Shown: positions 61,958 through 64,000 of the stretch, piece after piece
Numbering within the stretch: position 1 is the stretch's first letter
Layout: every line of letters starts with the position of its first letter
Assembly (NCBI GenBank): GCA_041661645.1
Contig: JBAZUA010000005.1
Span: forward strand, 14,829 to 78,828
Direction of reading: 5' to 3'
From: Minisyncoccota bacterium
GTDB taxonomy: Bacteria; Patescibacteriota; Minisyncoccia; Phycocordibacterales; UBA6065
Length of the DNA stretch: 64,000 bases
Translations under genes and position numbers: made by a program
The notes under the pieces: generated by a model
The model's database searches: none
Seen by the model: the letters and a program-made list of their open reading frames with translations, nothing else
What the model was told of the DNA's origin: nothing

Positions 61958-63343
61958 ATGGCAAATTCAAGGGAACTTCAAATACTTCTCTCACTCAAAG
62001 ACGAGGCTTCGAAGAAGCTGAAGACGTTCGGCGAGGCTGCCGAGAAAACGTTCAAGGTGAGCCTGGTCGCAGCGACTGCCGCAGGAACGGCGATCGCTGC
62101 CTTTGGCGTTTCGTCCATAAAGGCGTTCGCCGAGTCTCAGGCGGAGATGGCGAAGTTCGAGGCGACCATGAAGAGCATACCGGGTGCGACCGACAAGACG
62201 CGCCAGGCCCTTCTCTCGGCGGCGTCCGCCGTTCGAAAGCTCGGCTTCGGCGACGAGGAGGCTTCGAACGCCATGGCGATGTTCTACCAGAGGACTAAAA
62301 GCACCACCGAGGCGATCAAGCTCAACACGATCGCCATGGACCTTGCCCGGGCGAAGAACATCGGCCTCTCTGACGCGGCCAACCTGGTCAACCAGGTGCT
62401 TTCGGGCAACGGAAAGGTGCTCAAGCAGTACGGTATAGACCTGAAGGATTCGGCGACGCCCTTGGAGGCGCTCGGCGAGCTCCATTCGAAGGTCCAGGGT
62501 CAGGCTTCGGCTTTCGCCACGACTCTTCAGGGCAGGATGATGCGCCTCTCGGAGACGTTCGGGGATCTCAAGGAGAAGATCGGCGAGGCTCTCTCTGACC
62601 TCGGCGCGGGCGGCATACTAGAGCGCGCGATTTCCTTGCTCGAGTCTATCGAGAAGATCGACTTTAAGGCGACATTCTCGGGTTGGAGGGATTCGATTGG
62701 AGACTTCATCACAAAATTTGATGAGCTCACCCATACATCGGAGTTCTTTATGCAGCTCTGGGCTACCGTCACCGAGTTTTTCAATACGTACCTCAAACCG
62801 TCATGGGACGGATTCGTGCAAACGCTCATAGACAACAAGGAGGTACTGCTTACACTCCTCGCAAATTTCACCAAATTCCTTGGAGTGATCTCGGCAGGCG
62901 CGCTCATTGCCGCGCTCACGGTGCTCACCACGATGTTCGAAGGTCTCGGACTCGCCATCAAGGGCGTCAAATGGTTCGTGGAGAGCCTCGCGGAAGCGTT
63001 CAGGGACGTCGCCACGTGGGTCGATAAGGCATTCAGCTCTCTTTCGAAGTTCGCCAACAAGTTCGGCCTGAGCTCGCTCTCGAAGGCTCTGTCCGGGATA
63101 GGAGGCTCAGTATCAAATTTCCTCGGCGGCGCTCGAGTGGACGACGCGATCATATCGCCGGACGGCAAGATCATCACGACGCACCCGGACGACTATCTCA
63201 TCGCCACGAAGGACCCGCACTCGCTCGCCGGCAACGGCGGAGGCGTGACGATCAACGTCTACGGAGACGTGTCCGGGCAGGATCTCATCGACAAGGTGAA
63301 GCGCGCGCTCGCCATGGACATTAAATATCAGGTACGAGTCTAA
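61958..63343 (+). CDS. Tape measure protein (short, 461 aa)
   Basis: LKDEAS N-terminus, AMDLA, DLKEKIGE, aromatic-spaced helical repeats, TINVYG C-terminus. Confidence 0.85.
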   Translation: MANSRELQILLSLKDEASKKLKTFGEAAEKTFKVSLVAATAAGTAIAAFGVSSIKAFAESQAEMAKFEATMKSIPGATDKTRQALLSAASAVRKLGFGDEEASNAMAMFYQRTKSTTEAIKLNTIAMDLARAKNIGLSDAANLVNQVLSGNGKVLKQYGIDLKDSATPLEALGELHSKVQGQASAFATTLQGRMMRLSETFGDLKEKIGEALSDLGAGGILERAISLLESIEKIDFKATFSGWRDSIGDFITKFDELTHTSEFFMQLWATVTEFFNTYLKPSWDGFVQTLIDNKEVLLTLLANFTKFLGVISAGALIAALTVLTTMFEGLGLAIKGVKWFVESLAEAFRDVATWVDKAFSSLSKFANKFGLSSLSKALSGIGGSVSNFLGGARVDDAIISPDGKIITTHPDDYLIATKDPHSLAGNGGGVTINVYGDVSGQDLIDKVKRALAMDIKYQVRV

Positions 63344-64000
63344 TGATCACCGTAACCATCAATGCAGTAAATAGGTCGGACGACATCGATCAAACCTCTT
63401 CGGTGTACGAGGGAAGCGTAACGAAGGCTCCCTCGACTTTCTCGTTCTTCATGAAGAGGGTGGCGGGCGTCACGCTGCCGGCGATGGGCGACGAGGTGAT
63501 CGTCGAGGAGGATTCCGTCAGGATCTTCAAAGGAACCATCGTCGAGAGGGATGACGCCGCCGTGACCGGTCTCGTTCTCGGCACCGCCTTCACCTGCAAG
63601 GACGGCGTGCACGAATTCGACTCGCTTCTCGTCAGCAAGGCCTATAACGATACGGATGCCGTCGCGGTCGTCCAGGACATCGTGGACAACTTTGCGTCAG
63701 GCTTCACGCTCGACGCGCCATTGTCGTCTCCTGCGGTGAAGTCGCTGCGGTTCAACTACGAGCAGCCCTCTAAGTGCCTCCAAGCGCTCTGTCAGCAGAT
63801 CGGCTGGGACTGGTACATCGATCCGTTCGACGTCGTGCACTTCTTTCCGAAGGGCAATGAGTCAGCGCCTTTCGAGATCACCGATGACAACGGGAACGCG
63901 ATATACAACTCGCTCTCCTTCAGCTCGAACATCGTCGAGCTCAAGAACTCGGTCTTCCTACGCGGTGGCGAGTATCTCGACGAGGTAAGCGAGAGCGACG
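63343..64000 (+). CDS. Tail tip/hub protein (3'-truncated by the window)
   Basis: TAATG overlap; MITVTIN...GDEVIV....RIFKGTI...IGWDWYID. Confidence 0.7.
   Translation, partial: MITVTINAVNRSDDIDQTSSVYEGSVTKAPSTFSFFMKRVAGVTLPAMGDEVIVEEDSVRIFKGTIVERDDAAVTGLVLGTAFTCKDGVHEFDSLLVSKAYNDTDAVAVVQDIVDNFASGFTLDAPLSSPAVKSLRFNYEQPSKCLQALCQQIGWDWYIDPFDVVHFFPKGNESAPFEITDDNGNAIYNSLSFSSNIVELKNSVFLRGGEYLDEVSESD

Larger units (their letters stand above)
39141..64000 (+). mobile_element. Siphovirus-like prophage (left end approximate; continues past the window)
   Basis: Co-oriented recombination, replication, terminase, HK97 head, tail tube, chaperone and tape measure genes; no integrase within the window. Confidence 0.93.

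Noticed and set aside
1-64000. Stop-codon reassignment (code 25 or 15)
   Set aside because: TGA, TAG and TAA all end conserved genes at expected lengths (leuS TGA, zwf TAG, portal TGA); genes are not fragmented
39141-64000. Diversity-generating retroelement or retron in the prophage
   Set aside because: No reverse transcriptase motif or template/variable repeat pair seen in this window

Overview
Bacterial DNA using genetic code 11. Gene content points to a Patescibacteria/CPR (Parcubacteria-like) host: Nudix-inserted LeuRS, short AlaRS, CPR-type hypothetical genes and scarce Shine-Dalgarno motifs. The window has three parts. (1) 1-9.6 kb is an accessory island: two PBP/OmpA-domain proteins, a vWA lipoprotein, XpaC-like + TelA, a NitT/TauT-type ABC transporter and a pilin-like gene, driven by TTGACA-N16 promoters, several with a boxA-like motif. 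(2) 9.7-39.1 kb is housekeeping DNA (zwf, ychF, leuS, mltG, mnmA, pepF, alaS, infA-rpmJ-rpsM-rpsK-rpsD-rpoA-rplQ-rplM-rpsI); many of these genes look leaderless and orphan genes are interspersed. (3) From about 39.1 kb to the window end is a siphovirus-like prophage. It begins just after a tandem duplicate of the rpsI 3' end. It encodes RecT, a PD-(D/E)XK nuclease-FtsK fusion, replication genes, a HerA-like ATPase, three glycosyltransferases, and head and tail genes. The best candidate for a new system is a set of three late-gene leaders (before the portal, protease and tail tube genes). Each has an extended -10 promoter and a covarying bulged-A hairpin that is mutually exclusive with a terminator-like hairpin. 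A small YezD/DUF2292-like ORF sits next to the first copy, suggesting protein-controlled RNA antitermination. A roughly 140-nt multi-stem candidate ncRNA also precedes the glycosyltransferases. All family calls come from motif recognition by eye; no searches were run.
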